From assembly GCA_965221695.1 (NCBI GenBank), contig OZ244905.1, positions 1,248,001 to 1,312,000 on the forward strand: DNA of 64,000 nucleotides. The letters are read 5' to 3'. The position numbers and the translations under genes were made by a program. Position 1 is the first letter of the stretch. Each line of letters starts with the position of its first letter. The stretch is from Gammaproteobacteria bacterium (GTDB taxonomy: Bacteria > Pseudomonadota > Gammaproteobacteria > Eutrophobiales > Eutrophobiaceae). Below are positions 33,843 through 44,402 of this stretch, in pieces. The notes under the pieces are model-generated. The model did not search any database and was not told the origin of the DNA. It saw nothing but the letters and a program-made list of their open reading frames with translations.

Positions 33843-33871
33843 ATTATCATTTATTTGAGTCAAGCTGTCAA
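33843..33871 (-). promoter_or_regulatory. Putative sigma70 promoter of the tRNA-tuf operon
   Basis: Minus strand TTGACA-17 bp-GATAAT, about 20 bp before tRNA-Tyr. Confidence 0.75.
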
Positions 33872-34014
33872 CATGCAAATCTGCTCGATTCATAAAAAAT
33901 CGAAATTTAAAGAATTGGCGTCCATGTTATGAGGGAATCCAGCAGCAAGTCGGATGAGAGTTAGCCGACTCTATCTTCACGGGGCACAGCAGATCATCCT
34001 ATGGCCGGATCTTA

Positions 34015-34041
34015 GGAGTCTCTGATCAAATCAGAGATTCC
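34015..34041. repeat. Isolated MITE terminal hairpin, likely the terminator of the permease operon
   Basis: ggagtctctga-tcaaa-tcagagattcc, 7 bp past the permease stop. Confidence 0.6.
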
Positions 34042-34048
34042 CTCAGTG

Positions 34049-35341
34049 TCAACCCCGCGCATCAGCGAAAACCACTCGGGCCAGCAGAGAATAACATAAT
34101 GCGGCGCTTAACATGGAGTCGAATGCAGATACAGTCGTCAAGGTAATATAGCCCTGCACGCTTGCGATACCCACCAGGAACCCTGCTCCCCAGGCCAGGA
34201 ACGCCGGGATATTATAGGCTGGGAGTAACGCAAGCTTCTCAGCCGTGTAGTTTTGCTTGTTGACAATAAAAAAGTCACAGATATAGATGCCGCAAAGACT
34301 CGGAATACAGATTCCCAACACGCTGATATACGGAATAAAGAAAGTCACGATGTCAAATACCGACAGCAATGTGGCCAGGACGCCAAACAACGCTGCGCTC
34401 CACCAGAACTTTATCCGCTTCATGGAGGCGGCTACCGACAAGCCGGCCGAATAAAGCATCCCTACATTGCTGGACACCGTGGAAAAAACCAGTACCACTA
34501 ACGCGCCCACACCGATACCTAGGGAAAGCATGATTTTGATCAAGTCCTGTTCTCCGGACAGTACGCTGGGTATCGCGGTAACCGTCAACACAGTTGGAAA
34601 TGAAATGCCCAATGCCAGGTAAACTGCGATAAGCGCCCGCCTTTCGTGGCGCGCATAGCGCAAGTAATCAGGCAAAGTGACAATACCGCCGCTGTAAGCG
34701 CCAATCACAATTGACATTGCGCCGCCGACACCCAACGTGCCGGCGCCGGCGCCGTACAATCCCTCGATATTGCCCGCTGCCAACGCCTTGTATGCGCCAT
34801 ACAACAGGATGGCTGCGAGTATCGGCACCACCAGCAAAGCCATTTTCTCTATTGCATGGAAGCCGTAGATAGTAATCCCCACCATCAGCAACCCGCCGCT
34901 TACGGCAAGCCAGTGCGCGGATATATCCGCGCCGGTAACGATGGAGACTATCTCCCGGGTCGCTGCGCCAAACAGGTTGCACAGTATCGCAAACCAGAAA
35001 AACATCACCAGCGCTATCAGGATATTGGCAAAGCGATAGCCGCTGGCGCCGAATGAATAACGAAGTATCAGGTAGGTCGACAACTTGGAACGTGTGCCTA
35101 CCATAGCGGCCAACACCCCGGTGACCGCCAACACCTGGCAACCCAGAATAAAACCGACCACACCAGGATAGAACCCCGCGCCCTCGCTGATTTTTGATGC
35201 CATCAAAAACCCCGGAACTGCGATGGTGCCGCCGATAATGATGACGGCAATACGATAGGCGCTGGCGCGATCATTTTCCGGCACAGGCTGGTGGGAATAA
35301 TCGTCGCCAGGGTAGAACCTGGAACCGGAACCCGCAGTCAA
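34049..35341 (-). CDS. Cytosine/purine permease (NCS1/CodB-like)
   Basis: About 12 hydrophobic segments; G.R.KLSTYLI.RYSFG..G; PDY.RYA. Confidence 0.85.
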   Translation of the reverse strand: MTAGSGSRFYPGDDYSHQPVPENDRASAYRIAVIIIGGTIAVPGFLMASKISEGAGFYPGVVGFILGCQVLAVTGVLAAMVGTRSKLSTYLILRYSFGASGYRFANILIALVMFFWFAILCNLFGAATREIVSIVTGADISAHWLAVSGGLLMVGITIYGFHAIEKMALLVVPILAAILLYGAYKALAAGNIEGLYGAGAGTLGVGGAMSIVIGAYSGGIVTLPDYLRYARHERRALIAVYLALGISFPTVLTVTAIPSVLSGEQDLIKIMLSLGIGVGALVVLVFSTVSSNVGMLYSAGLSVAASMKRIKFWWSAALFGVLATLLSVFDIVTFFIPYISVLGICIPSLCGIYICDFFIVNKQNYTAEKLALLPAYNIPAFLAWGAGFLVGIASVQGYITLTTVSAFDSMLSAALCYSLLARVVFADARG

Positions 35342-37041
35342 CGCTTTCTCAATCCGGCAGTGGCTTTTGCGTCCACCGCGTTGTCTCTTATCACAACCTT
35401 GTAAACCTGCTCCGCTGCCTGTATGGACACATAACCATCCAGGACATCGTCAAGCACGCATTGCGGATCGCGTTCAGTGGCCAGGCCATAACCACCCCCG
35501 CCGGCGGAAATACTGATAACCTGATCCCCCACCGCAACAGCAGTCCTGTATGTGCCCACCGTCCTAGCTTTTTCCGTGCCCGGGAACAGATTGAATGCGT
35601 TGGGTTCCGGACTGAGACCACCCGCCAAGGCCCAAGGGCGTGTTTTACTTTTCTTGGTGATCGACAAAAAATGCCCCGGCCAGACAAACCGGATATCCCT
35701 GTGTATTCCCAGCCCGCCCCGGTATTTCCCGGCTCCGCCACTGTCGCAGCGCAATTCTACCCGCTCAAACTGCATGCCTGTTTTTGCTTCGAGCGCCTCG
35801 ATTGGCGTGTTACGCACCATGGTGGTTGAAACATGGTTCAACGCATTGGCGCCGTCATGATCGGCCGCCGCGCCCCAGCCGACGGGCTCATTATTGCTTA
35901 GCGCATAAGGCCGGCCGCTATTTGCGTCATTACCGTACATCATAAACCCGGGCACATCGCCGCCGGAACAAGCGGCGATACGCGCCGGCAAGGCTTTTGC
36001 CAGCGCTTTGAATATGAGTTCCAACGCTACCATGGCCGACCACAACGTATAGGTGGCAGCCGGATAAACAGCATGAAACAGGTTTCCCGGCGGGGCGATT
36101 ACCTCGAGTGGACGGAAACAACCGGCATTGCTCGGATGCGTGGGCGCCGTCAAGATTTTCAGGGCCACTTTACAAACGGTCTGGGTCAAGCCGTAAGGAA
36201 TATTGACAGGCCCGGTTACCGCATCCGGGGAGTCGCTGAAGTCCACGATAAACCTTTCATCTTCGACACTCACCCTGACACGCAGCGGAATAATATCATC
36301 GTTTATTCCATCATCATCTATCAGGTCCTCGGCCTCCCAGGTACCGTTGGGTATACTCAACAATGCCTTCCTCGTCACCCTCTCACCATAGTCAAGGATC
36401 CCGGCTATAGCCTGCTCCAGGGCTTGCTTGCCGAATTTAGCCCGTATCTGTCGCAAACGCCTGATCCCTGCTTGTGAAGCCGCCACTTGTGCGTCCAGGT
36501 CGCCGAGGACATTTTCAGGCAGGCGGGAATTAAAACGAATAATGTCCAGCATTTCCTTATCCGGTTTGCCCCGTTTATACACCTTGACAGCCGGCAGGAT
36601 TAAACCTTCCTGGTGCATATCAGTAGAATCAAGCACATAACCCGGGTCTTTGGCGCCCAGGTCCAGCCAATGGGCGCGAATACAGGTAAATGCGAAAGGC
36701 TTATCCTCGCCCTCATCAAAGACGGGGGCAAACAGGGCCACATCAGCCACATGCGCTGAGCTCCAGTAAGGATAATTCAATACGATGATATCCCCGGGTT
36801 CCATGTTCTCCAGGCCGATACGTTCGCAGCCCTTTTTAACGGCATAATCATTTGCTCCGAGAAAGAAAGCGAGTCCGGGCGCATCGGCGATCAACTCCAA
36901 TTCGCAGTTGTAGATGGAGATGCCAAAATCGAGCACTTCGTAAATGACCGGACTGAAGGCCGTGCGTATCAGCGTGCGCCGCATTTCTTCAGCCGCCGAA
37001 TTAAGATAACTGTGAATTACGCCAATTGTTGAGCTATCCAT
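35338..37041 (-). CDS. Hydantoinase B/oxoprolinase family subunit
   Basis: EEM...L.RTAFSPVIYE..D; HW.D.G; EGL..P; DSGGAGKYRGG.G. Confidence 0.93.
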   Translation of the reverse strand: MDSSTIGVIHSYLNSAAEEMRRTLIRTAFSPVIYEVLDFGISIYNCELELIADAPGLAFFLGANDYAVKKGCERIGLENMEPGDIIVLNYPYWSSAHVADVALFAPVFDEGEDKPFAFTCIRAHWLDLGAKDPGYVLDSTDMHQEGLILPAVKVYKRGKPDKEMLDIIRFNSRLPENVLGDLDAQVAASQAGIRRLRQIRAKFGKQALEQAIAGILDYGERVTRKALLSIPNGTWEAEDLIDDDGINDDIIPLRVRVSVEDERFIVDFSDSPDAVTGPVNIPYGLTQTVCKVALKILTAPTHPSNAGCFRPLEVIAPPGNLFHAVYPAATYTLWSAMVALELIFKALAKALPARIAACSGGDVPGFMMYGNDANSGRPYALSNNEPVGWGAAADHDGANALNHVSTTMVRNTPIEALEAKTGMQFERVELRCDSGGAGKYRGGLGIHRDIRFVWPGHFLSITKKSKTRPWALAGGLSPEPNAFNLFPGTEKARTVGTYRTAVAVGDQVISISAGGGGYGLATERDPQCVLDDVLDGYVSIQAAEQVYKVVIRDNAVDAKATAGLRKR

Positions 37042-39088
37042 TGATATTGCCAGGTGTATGAATCAGCAGGTGGCCAAAGTCATCAACGTGACAGGTTTGA
37101 CCAGTGAATATCACCGCCGTTGCGGTGCCGTCATCGATAATGGCAGGGCCGTCCAGGCGTGCGCCCGGTCGCAACCGGCGCCGTTCAACAACGGAAAAAT
37201 CTTTCAGCTTTCTATCCGCGAAACAATACGCGTTACGCCTGCTGTCAGGTATCTCACTCCCTGCGTCGGCGCTAGTACCATTCAATTTTTTCAATTCCGG
37301 CTTGGCGCCGTGGCCAAAACCGGATACGCGCAGGTTGACCAGTTCCAGCGGATAATCGGTTTTGTGTCCGTAACGTTGTTCGTGAGCCGCGTCAAAAAGC
37401 GTATGTAGGGTTTCACAAGACGGCATACCCTCCACCTGTATTTTGAGCGTATGTTCCTGCCCCAGGTAACGCATTTCCAGGAACCGAAGTAATGTTTGCT
37501 GTTCGACTTTTGCGCCCTGGGCCGCCAGGTTATCCCTTGTCTCGATTTCCAAGGCTTGCAGGGTTTTCTCCAGTTCGGCCAATACTGAGCGCTTGATTTC
37601 CACGAGAAACGTCTGTGACACATCCGTAGCCAGGTCTGACATCAGCATGCCCCAGGCTGAAAATGCCGCCGGCACAGTCGGGATAATGGTGTCGGGTATA
37701 GCCATTTCCAGCGCCAATAACGGCGCAATCATCGGGCCGGCGCCGCCATAAGCAAGGATAGTCAACTCTTTTGGGTCCTTGCCCTGTTCTACCGTAATCT
37801 CACGCACTGCGCCTTCGGTCTGCGCCACCAATACGGAAAAAACACCCGCCGCAGTCTGTAACACATCGGTTTCCATCTCGCTTGCGAGTTGGGTTTCCAG
37901 TCCTTCACGCGCGGCGGCCACATCCAGGCGCAACTGGCCCTTGAGAAAATTATCCGCATCGATATATCCAAGCAGCAACGCGGCATCCGTCAAGGTTGGT
38001 TGAGTCCCGCCACGGCCATACGCAATCGGACCGGGCTCGGCCCCGGCGCTGTGCGGACCCAACCTGAGCATACCTTCTTCATGCCAGGCAATAGAACCGC
38101 CGCCTGCGCCAATGCAACTGATATCATAGCCGGACACCAGGACCGGAATATTTTGCAGTCGGGTTTCGTGTATCACACTGGGTTGCGCATCATCGAGCAC
38201 GCAGGCATCCAAGCTGGTGCCACCAAAGTCCATAGTCAATACACGCGCTATGTTTAAGCGCTGTGCCAGGTAAGATGCGCCGATGATACCCCCGGCCGGC
38301 CCGGACATGACACTATCGAGAGGCCGTTGTTTTGCCGCAGTCGCCGTCATCGTGCCGCCGCTGCTGCGCATTACCAGGAATTTTCCGTTAAACCCCCTAC
38401 CTTCCAATGCGGTCTGCAAATTGTCGATATATTTCTCGAAGATAGGGCGAATATACGCATCCAATACGGTAGTACAAGTACGTTCATATTCGCGGTACTC
38501 ACGCGCTATACGGCACGACACGGACACGGCAACAGTCGGAAAATTGTCCTTGATTATCCTCGCAACCTGTAGCTCATGGGCCGGGTTTTTGTATGAATGC
38601 AAGCAGCAAATCGCGATCGATTCAACAGCCTGTTCCGCAATCATCGCGTTGACCGTGTCTACAACAGCTTGTTCATCCAGCTCGACCTCAACCTCACCGC
38701 TGACGTTGATGCGACCGGGCACGCCGGCAACACAACGGCGCTTGACCAGGGGGTCGGGACGCTGGTAGTGCAGGTTGTAGGCATGTTCGGGCGGCAATGC
38801 GCCGCGCCCCAATTCAAAGATATCCCTGAAGCCTTCGTTGGTTACGATGCCTGTGCGCGCGCCGCGGCGTTCAATGATGGCATTCAGTCCCAACGTGGTC
38901 CCATGGACAATGATCCCTGTATCTGCAAGGTCTATTTCGAGCCGATCGATCGCATTCAATACCCCGGCAGGCAAATCCTGGGGCGTGGTCAGCGCCTTCT
39001 CGAGCCGGGTCTCACCGGTTTCTTCATTGAAAAGAATCGCATCGACAAAAGTGCCGCCGATATCGACGCCTATGCTGTATTTCCCCAT
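37034..39088 (-). CDS. Hydantoinase A/oxoprolinase family subunit (ATP-binding)
   Basis: GVDIGGTFVD; HGTT; SGPAGG; DFGGTS; GAGGGSI. Confidence 0.95.
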   Translation of the reverse strand: MGKYSIGVDIGGTFVDAILFNEETGETRLEKALTTPQDLPAGVLNAIDRLEIDLADTGIIVHGTTLGLNAIIERRGARTGIVTNEGFRDIFELGRGALPPEHAYNLHYQRPDPLVKRRCVAGVPGRINVSGEVEVELDEQAVVDTVNAMIAEQAVESIAICCLHSYKNPAHELQVARIIKDNFPTVAVSVSCRIAREYREYERTCTTVLDAYIRPIFEKYIDNLQTALEGRGFNGKFLVMRSSGGTMTATAAKQRPLDSVMSGPAGGIIGASYLAQRLNIARVLTMDFGGTSLDACVLDDAQPSVIHETRLQNIPVLVSGYDISCIGAGGGSIAWHEEGMLRLGPHSAGAEPGPIAYGRGGTQPTLTDAALLLGYIDADNFLKGQLRLDVAAAREGLETQLASEMETDVLQTAAGVFSVLVAQTEGAVREITVEQGKDPKELTILAYGGAGPMIAPLLALEMAIPDTIIPTVPAAFSAWGMLMSDLATDVSQTFLVEIKRSVLAELEKTLQALEIETRDNLAAQGAKVEQQTLLRFLEMRYLGQEHTLKIQVEGMPSCETLHTLFDAAHEQRYGHKTDYPLELVNLRVSGFGHGAKPELKKLNGTSADAGSEIPDSRRNAYCFADRKLKDFSVVERRRLRPGARLDGPAIIDDGTATAVIFTGQTCHVDDFGHLLIHTPGNING

Positions 39089-40345
39089 TTACCGATCATC
39101 CCTGATCACAGTTCCACCTTGCATGACAAAAAATATGTTTCTCAAGTTGCCGAGGTCGTCAACAGGATTTCCTGGCGTGGCGATAAAGTCGGCCCTGGCT
39201 CCGGGTTTGATGACGCCAAGGCTGTCATCATTCAGCAGCTTCGCCGCATTCACGGTCGCAGTCTGGAGCGCCTGTAACGGACTCAATCCGACATCCAGGT
39301 AATGTTCCAGTTCACGAATCCCAACGGGTATCCCGTCATCAATATCGCCCGGTGGGATATCCGTTCCGCTTACCAGGGTAACCCCTGCGTCCACAGCGTT
39401 TTTTATACTCTGCAAGTGATCGGAAGAAGCGGACATTGCCTTGCAGATAGTCCATTTCTCGAAACCATGCTCTTGCATCCAGTCTTTGGAACGGGTCACA
39501 CTGAGTGTAGGCACGATAAACGCATCAGCTTCTTTGAGCGCTGCGGCTGCCGACTTGTCCAGGTTGTATGCATGTTCAAAACAGCGCACGCCGGCCTTCA
39601 GCCCGGCCATAATCGGTTCGGAGTCGCCGGCATGGGCGCATACATAGGTGCCCTTGCTCCGGGCAACCTCGACCGTGGCTCGAATTTCTTCAGCGGACAT
39701 TTGCGCTTCGGAGAACGTTTCGTCCTTGTGAGCGATGCCGCCGGTCAGGAATATCTTGATATGGTTTGCGCCCGCCAGCAGGTCAAGCCGGCACTTCTTC
39801 CGAAAATCATCCGCCCCATCCGCTTCGGCGGTAAACCCATGACCATGGCCCCCACTCACGGAAACCCCTAGACCGGCAGAAAAAATGCGCGGGCCGGTCA
39901 CCCAACCGGCGCCAATTGACTTGCGCAATGCAATATCGGCGCGGTTCAACTCGCCCACCGTGCGCACCGTGGTAATACCGGCCTGCAATGCATCCTGTCC
40001 CCTGCGATAAGCGCGATAGGCGGACAGGGCCGGATCCTCATTGGGATCACTCAAATGAAACGGGAAGATAATCGTCAGGTGGGTATGACAACTGATCAAG
40101 CCGGGCAAGAGATACGCGCCGCGCATGTTGATAATCGCGGAGTTACCGCTTTCGTCTGCTGCGCTATCGACGGCCATAATCCTGCCGTCGGCCAGTGTAA
40201 CCGCGGCCGCACGAACATGCCCGCTCTGCACATCAACAACGCGACAATTATTAAGGATGGTCGTCAAGGCAAGATAGACCCGCACGCATTTTTCAGTATT
40301 GGTAAAAGTATATCCATTTGACGAAATTGCCTTAACTGATACCAA
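39089..40345 (-). CDS. Metal-dependent amidohydrolase (Xaa-Pro dipeptidase-like TIM barrel); true start possibly TTG 40267
   Basis: PGLI.CHTH; GITTVR; AHA; EHA; GTD; G.I.PG..AD. Confidence 0.9.
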   Translation of the reverse strand: MVSVKAISSNGYTFTNTEKCVRVYLALTTILNNCRVVDVQSGHVRAAAVTLADGRIMAVDSAADESGNSAIINMRGAYLLPGLISCHTHLTIIFPFHLSDPNEDPALSAYRAYRRGQDALQAGITTVRTVGELNRADIALRKSIGAGWVTGPRIFSAGLGVSVSGGHGHGFTAEADGADDFRKKCRLDLLAGANHIKIFLTGGIAHKDETFSEAQMSAEEIRATVEVARSKGTYVCAHAGDSEPIMAGLKAGVRCFEHAYNLDKSAAAALKEADAFIVPTLSVTRSKDWMQEHGFEKWTICKAMSASSDHLQSIKNAVDAGVTLVSGTDIPPGDIDDGIPVGIRELEHYLDVGLSPLQALQTATVNAAKLLNDDSLGVIKPGARADFIATPGNPVDDLGNLRNIFFVMQGGTVIRDDR

Positions 40346-40533
40346 GTACTATACTACAATTCAAGCAGTATCAGAACTGTTCTGTCCCAACAGCAACAGC
40401 TCCTGCTGATTATAACGCGAAAGAATTCAGGCGCTGTTTTGCCGTAACAAGCGCCAGCGCTTAACGCTAGAAGGATTAACTGTCGCATGCTTATCGAGGT
40501 AACACTGTTCGTATAGTATACGGAGGGGGTCAC

Positions 40534-42624
40534 ATGTATTTAAGCAACAACGTATCACAACTTTTCCTGTTCAAATTCCCGCGCATGGGACAACTGCTTA
40601 CGCTGGTTTTTCTCATTTGCATGCTTGCGCCTCCGGTTCCGGTCAAGGCCCAAACCGGTCTGGTCATTGAAGAAATTGTCGTCACCTCCAGAAAACGTGA
40701 AGAAAACCTGCGAGACATTCCCGATTCGCTGACCGTCTTCAGCGATACTGTCATCGAAAGGGCAAATATCACCAGCATTCGCGATTTTGCCGATTTAACA
40801 CCCAACCTGACAATCATCGACCAACTCCGTCCCGGCACCCAGACCATGACGATACGAGGGATGACTACTGTGCAGAACGGTGAATTGCCGGTTGCGTTTA
40901 TTGTCGATGGGGTCAATGCGCCCTCGATGAATTTCATCAACCAGGAATTGGTTGATATCGAGCGTATCGAAGTATTGCGCGGGCCCCAGGGCACCTTGTA
41001 TGGCCGCGGCGCGGTAGGCGGGGCAATCAACATTATTACCAAATCACCGTCAGATGATTTGGAGATCAAGGCTAAAGCATCCTATGGCCGTGGCGATGCG
41101 CTGTTTGCCGGCGCCACGGTGTCTGCGCCACTCAGCGAGACTATGCGCCTGCGGGTCTCAGCCAGCCACCGGGATGAAGACGGACTGATCGATAATGTCG
41201 GCGCGGGAACCGAAGCCGATCCGATCAACGAGCAATCAGTCCAGGGCCGGCTTACTTTCCAGCCAACGGACAAGCTCTCCTTTGACCTGCGCGGCCGTTA
41301 CCTGAACGGTGATGCCGGGGGCATCTACCTGGTCACGATTACCACCGATCAAATTGACGACTTCTCCATACCCGTCAGCAGCAACCTGAATGGCGAAGAC
41401 GAGCGCACGATAGGCTCCACCTCACTGAAGATCGATTATACCTTTGATAACGGCATCACACTGACATCGATCAGCGCCTACAATGAAACGGACTCCTACT
41501 TTTTCGGCGATGGCGACTTCTCCACCGCCACCTTGTTTGCCCAATGGTGGGAAATCGATGTCGAAGCCTTTAACCAGGAATTGCGGTTGACATCCGCCGG
41601 CGATAGCTCTTTGCGCTGGATTCTGGGCGGCTTTTACCAGGACAGGGAAGACAAGGAATTTACCGATTTTGGCCTTGAAGCGCCGGGACCATCGGTAATT
41701 CCATTTCCGGGTGGCTCCAGGGAAGTCCGGGATAGAGAATCATGGGCAGTTTTCGGACAGGTAGACTACGACATCACCGAACAACTGGCATTGTCAGCAG
41801 GCCTGCGTTACGACGAGGAGGACAATACAACTGATCTCGGCCAGTTGGGAATTACCCCGAGTAAAACCTTTAACGAGTGGCAACCAAAGGTCTCGCTATC
41901 GTATGACTGGAATGAAAACCTGATGACTTATTTCACCTTTGCCCGCGGTTTTCGTCCGGGTGGTTTTTCAAACAGTTCAGGCGTGCTTTATGAAAACGAA
42001 GTATCCGATAACTTTGAGATTGGCGCCAAGGCTTTCATGCTGGACTCGCGCGTGCAATTATCCGCTGCGGTGTTCTATATCGACTTTAACGATCAGCAGC
42101 ATTTCTTTTCCCGCGTCACGCCAGCCGGGGTGCAACGTTTTATCATCAATATTGCGGAGACCACCAATATCGGCGCCGAGGTGGAATTGGCCTTAAGAGT
42201 GGTTGAGGGGCTGGATTTGAACTTCGGTTTTGGTCTGACCGACACTGAAATAGACGATTTTGACGGTTCCGGAATGTTTGAGGGCAATAACACGCCACAG
42301 GTCAATAACTTTTCGATCAATGCCTCAGCCCAATACACAAAACCTGTCTCCGGTCCCTGGCAACTGGTCGGACGGCTGGATTATGAACATCGCGGCGAAG
42401 TCGACTGGGACCTGAACAACTATGTGACGACACCGAGCAAGAACTACCTCAACTTGTACGCGGCAATTGAGAATGCTAACTGGTCGTTGTTCGTCTTCGG
42501 AAAAAACGTTCTGGATGAGCAACAACCGACAGCAATGGGAACCGATGTATTCGGCCCCGGCATCCATCTGAGAACGCCAAGCAGGCCAGCGTCCTACGGG
42601 GTCGGGATAAAAGCGGATTATTAG
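40534..42624 (+). CDS. TonB-dependent receptor
   Basis: TonB box EEIVVTSRKREE; IERIEVLRGPQGTLYG; C-terminal aromatic residue. Confidence 0.95.
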   Translation: MYLSNNVSQLFLFKFPRMGQLLTLVFLICMLAPPVPVKAQTGLVIEEIVVTSRKREENLRDIPDSLTVFSDTVIERANITSIRDFADLTPNLTIIDQLRPGTQTMTIRGMTTVQNGELPVAFIVDGVNAPSMNFINQELVDIERIEVLRGPQGTLYGRGAVGGAINIITKSPSDDLEIKAKASYGRGDALFAGATVSAPLSETMRLRVSASHRDEDGLIDNVGAGTEADPINEQSVQGRLTFQPTDKLSFDLRGRYLNGDAGGIYLVTITTDQIDDFSIPVSSNLNGEDERTIGSTSLKIDYTFDNGITLTSISAYNETDSYFFGDGDFSTATLFAQWWEIDVEAFNQELRLTSAGDSSLRWILGGFYQDREDKEFTDFGLEAPGPSVIPFPGGSREVRDRESWAVFGQVDYDITEQLALSAGLRYDEEDNTTDLGQLGITPSKTFNEWQPKVSLSYDWNENLMTYFTFARGFRPGGFSNSSGVLYENEVSDNFEIGAKAFMLDSRVQLSAAVFYIDFNDQQHFFSRVTPAGVQRFIINIAETTNIGAEVELALRVVEGLDLNFGFGLTDTEIDDFDGSGMFEGNNTPQVNNFSINASAQYTKPVSGPWQLVGRLDYEHRGEVDWDLNNYVTTPSKNYLNLYAAIENANWSLFVFGKNVLDEQQPTAMGTDVFGPGIHLRTPSRPASYGVGIKADY

Positions 42625-42717
42625 TCCAGCCCGGACTTCTCACAAGTTCGCGAGCCCGGATGGCGCCCAAGCGGCGACAGGAGGCCTTTAGCCCGGCTTT
42701 ATCCATAAGCTTTCATC

Positions 42718-42802
42718 ATTTTACCCCTACTTTTTACGTTTTTCTCGTATTTTTACCCTTACTTTTTACATTATTATATGTTATTTTGCCCCTACTTTAT
42801 AC
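42718..42802 (+). repeat. Three 20-bp direct repeats upstream of the AAA ATPase
   Basis: attttacccctactttttac / tttttacccttactttttac / attttgcccctactttatac, starting at 42718, 42750 and 42783. Confidence 0.8.
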
Positions 42803-42866
42803 ATAAAGACTTGGCTGGCCGAAATAGCACGGCTATTGGAAAACTGATTGCTACTAATAAAACCGG

Positions 42867-44231
42867 ATGTACCGAACACACCTGGAACATATCTATGACT
42901 GGGCAACGCGCAAGACGCGCAAGCCGCTTATTATTCGCGGCGCCCGGCAAGTCGGTAAAACCACACTGGTCAGGTTGGCCTGCGAACGGTTAAATCTGTC
43001 ATTAGTTGAATTAAATCTCGAAGACCAGCACGACTTTATCAAGCTGCTGCCACAAAACGACCCGCACAAGGTTTTGCAGGCGATTGCACTGGCTGATAAC
43101 CTGCCAACTCTTGAACCCGACAAACACCTGATATTTTTTGATGAAGCTCAGGCTTGTCCCAGGCTGATCCCGTTCCTGCGATATTGCTTTGAGAGAGCGC
43201 CCGAATATCGCATCATACTTACCGGTTCCTTACTTGAGTTCGTTCTACGCGCACAAAATTTTTCCTTCCCTGTTGGTCGTGTTGAGTTTCTCTACCTGGG
43301 GCCGATGACCTTCGAGGAATATCTTGGCGGTATCGGCAAGCAGGTGTTGGCAGAGCGTATAGGAGGGTTCAGCCTAACCGAACCACCTGACGAGGCTGAA
43401 CACAGCCTGTTAATGAAAGAGCTACGCTTGTTCCTGATCATCGGGGGAATGCCGGAGGCCATCAATACATTTCGTGACACGGCTTCTTTTCTGGAGGTTG
43501 AACGTTGTAAGCAGGGAATTATCACTGCTTACCAGGCGGATTTCTACAAGTACCGGGGCGCGACCGAGGTGGAACTGGTGAACCGGGTATTTGCCAGCAT
43601 TCCGTTGCAAATTGGTGAAAAAACCAAATATACGCGCCTGGTGCAAGGGCAGCGGAGTGAAAAAGTAAAACATATTGTGGATCTGCTTGAACTCGCCCGG
43701 GTAATTCAGCGCTGTTACCACAGCCATGCTGATGGTCTGCCCCTGTCTGCGCAACAAAAAACCAACTTCTTCAAACTGTTGTTTCTTGATGTCGGGCTGG
43801 TCCAATCCATGCTGGGCGTATCCCTGGCGATGATAGAGTCCACCGGAGAGATCAATGAAATAGCAAAAGGTTGTCTCGCCGAGCAGTTCATAGGCCAGCA
43901 CCTGGCCTATGATGGCCCCGCGTTCCAAGCGCCGACAATCCACTATTGGGAGCGGCAGTCCAAGCACAGTGTTGCAGAAGTGGACTTCCTGGTCGCCTGG
44001 CAACAGGAAGCCTTACCCGTGGAAGTCAAAAGCGGGCATAAGGGCCATATGAAATCATTACAGCAATTCATTGCCGAGAAACGGGCGTCCCATGCCCTGC
44101 GCTTCTCTTCAGGACCGCTAATGGTCAGAGACTACAAACACGCATCCCGCCCTTTGGCTTATCGCTTCCTGAACATCCCCCCCTACCTGGTCAGCCGCTG
44201 GCGCCTTCTTGCCAATACCGCTTTTTCCTGA
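42867..44231 (+). CDS. AAA ATPase with C-terminal DUF4143/PD-(D/E)xK-like domain
   Basis: Walker A GARQVGKT; Walker B FFDEAQ; TGS; EVDF...PVEVKSG. Confidence 0.9.
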   Translation: MYRTHLEHIYDWATRKTRKPLIIRGARQVGKTTLVRLACERLNLSLVELNLEDQHDFIKLLPQNDPHKVLQAIALADNLPTLEPDKHLIFFDEAQACPRLIPFLRYCFERAPEYRIILTGSLLEFVLRAQNFSFPVGRVEFLYLGPMTFEEYLGGIGKQVLAERIGGFSLTEPPDEAEHSLLMKELRLFLIIGGMPEAINTFRDTASFLEVERCKQGIITAYQADFYKYRGATEVELVNRVFASIPLQIGEKTKYTRLVQGQRSEKVKHIVDLLELARVIQRCYHSHADGLPLSAQQKTNFFKLLFLDVGLVQSMLGVSLAMIESTGEINEIAKGCLAEQFIGQHLAYDGPAFQAPTIHYWERQSKHSVAEVDFLVAWQQEALPVEVKSGHKGHMKSLQQFIAEKRASHALRFSSGPLMVRDYKHASRPLAYRFLNIPPYLVSRWRLLANTAFS

Positions 44232-44402
44232 TTTTACAAGCGCGCCTTCAAGTTCGCATCGAATGTTGGACAGAACTGCGGGTAACACAGGATGATACGG
44301 TGCAGCTACTGGGTCATTATTTATTTCCTCTTCTTTATTCCTATCACGATCTTCGTGTATGATATACGGTGTCAATGAATAAATGACGTGAGGGGTTCAG
44401 CA

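Noticed and set aside
33496-34100. tRNA-anchored integrative element
   Set aside because: I saw no integrase and no duplicated tRNA 3' end, and the accessory genes lie on the 5' side of the tRNAs.
42718-42802. Possible mini-CRISPR array
   Set aside because: Spacers are only 12-13 bp, the repeats are degenerate and non-palindromic, and no cas genes are present.
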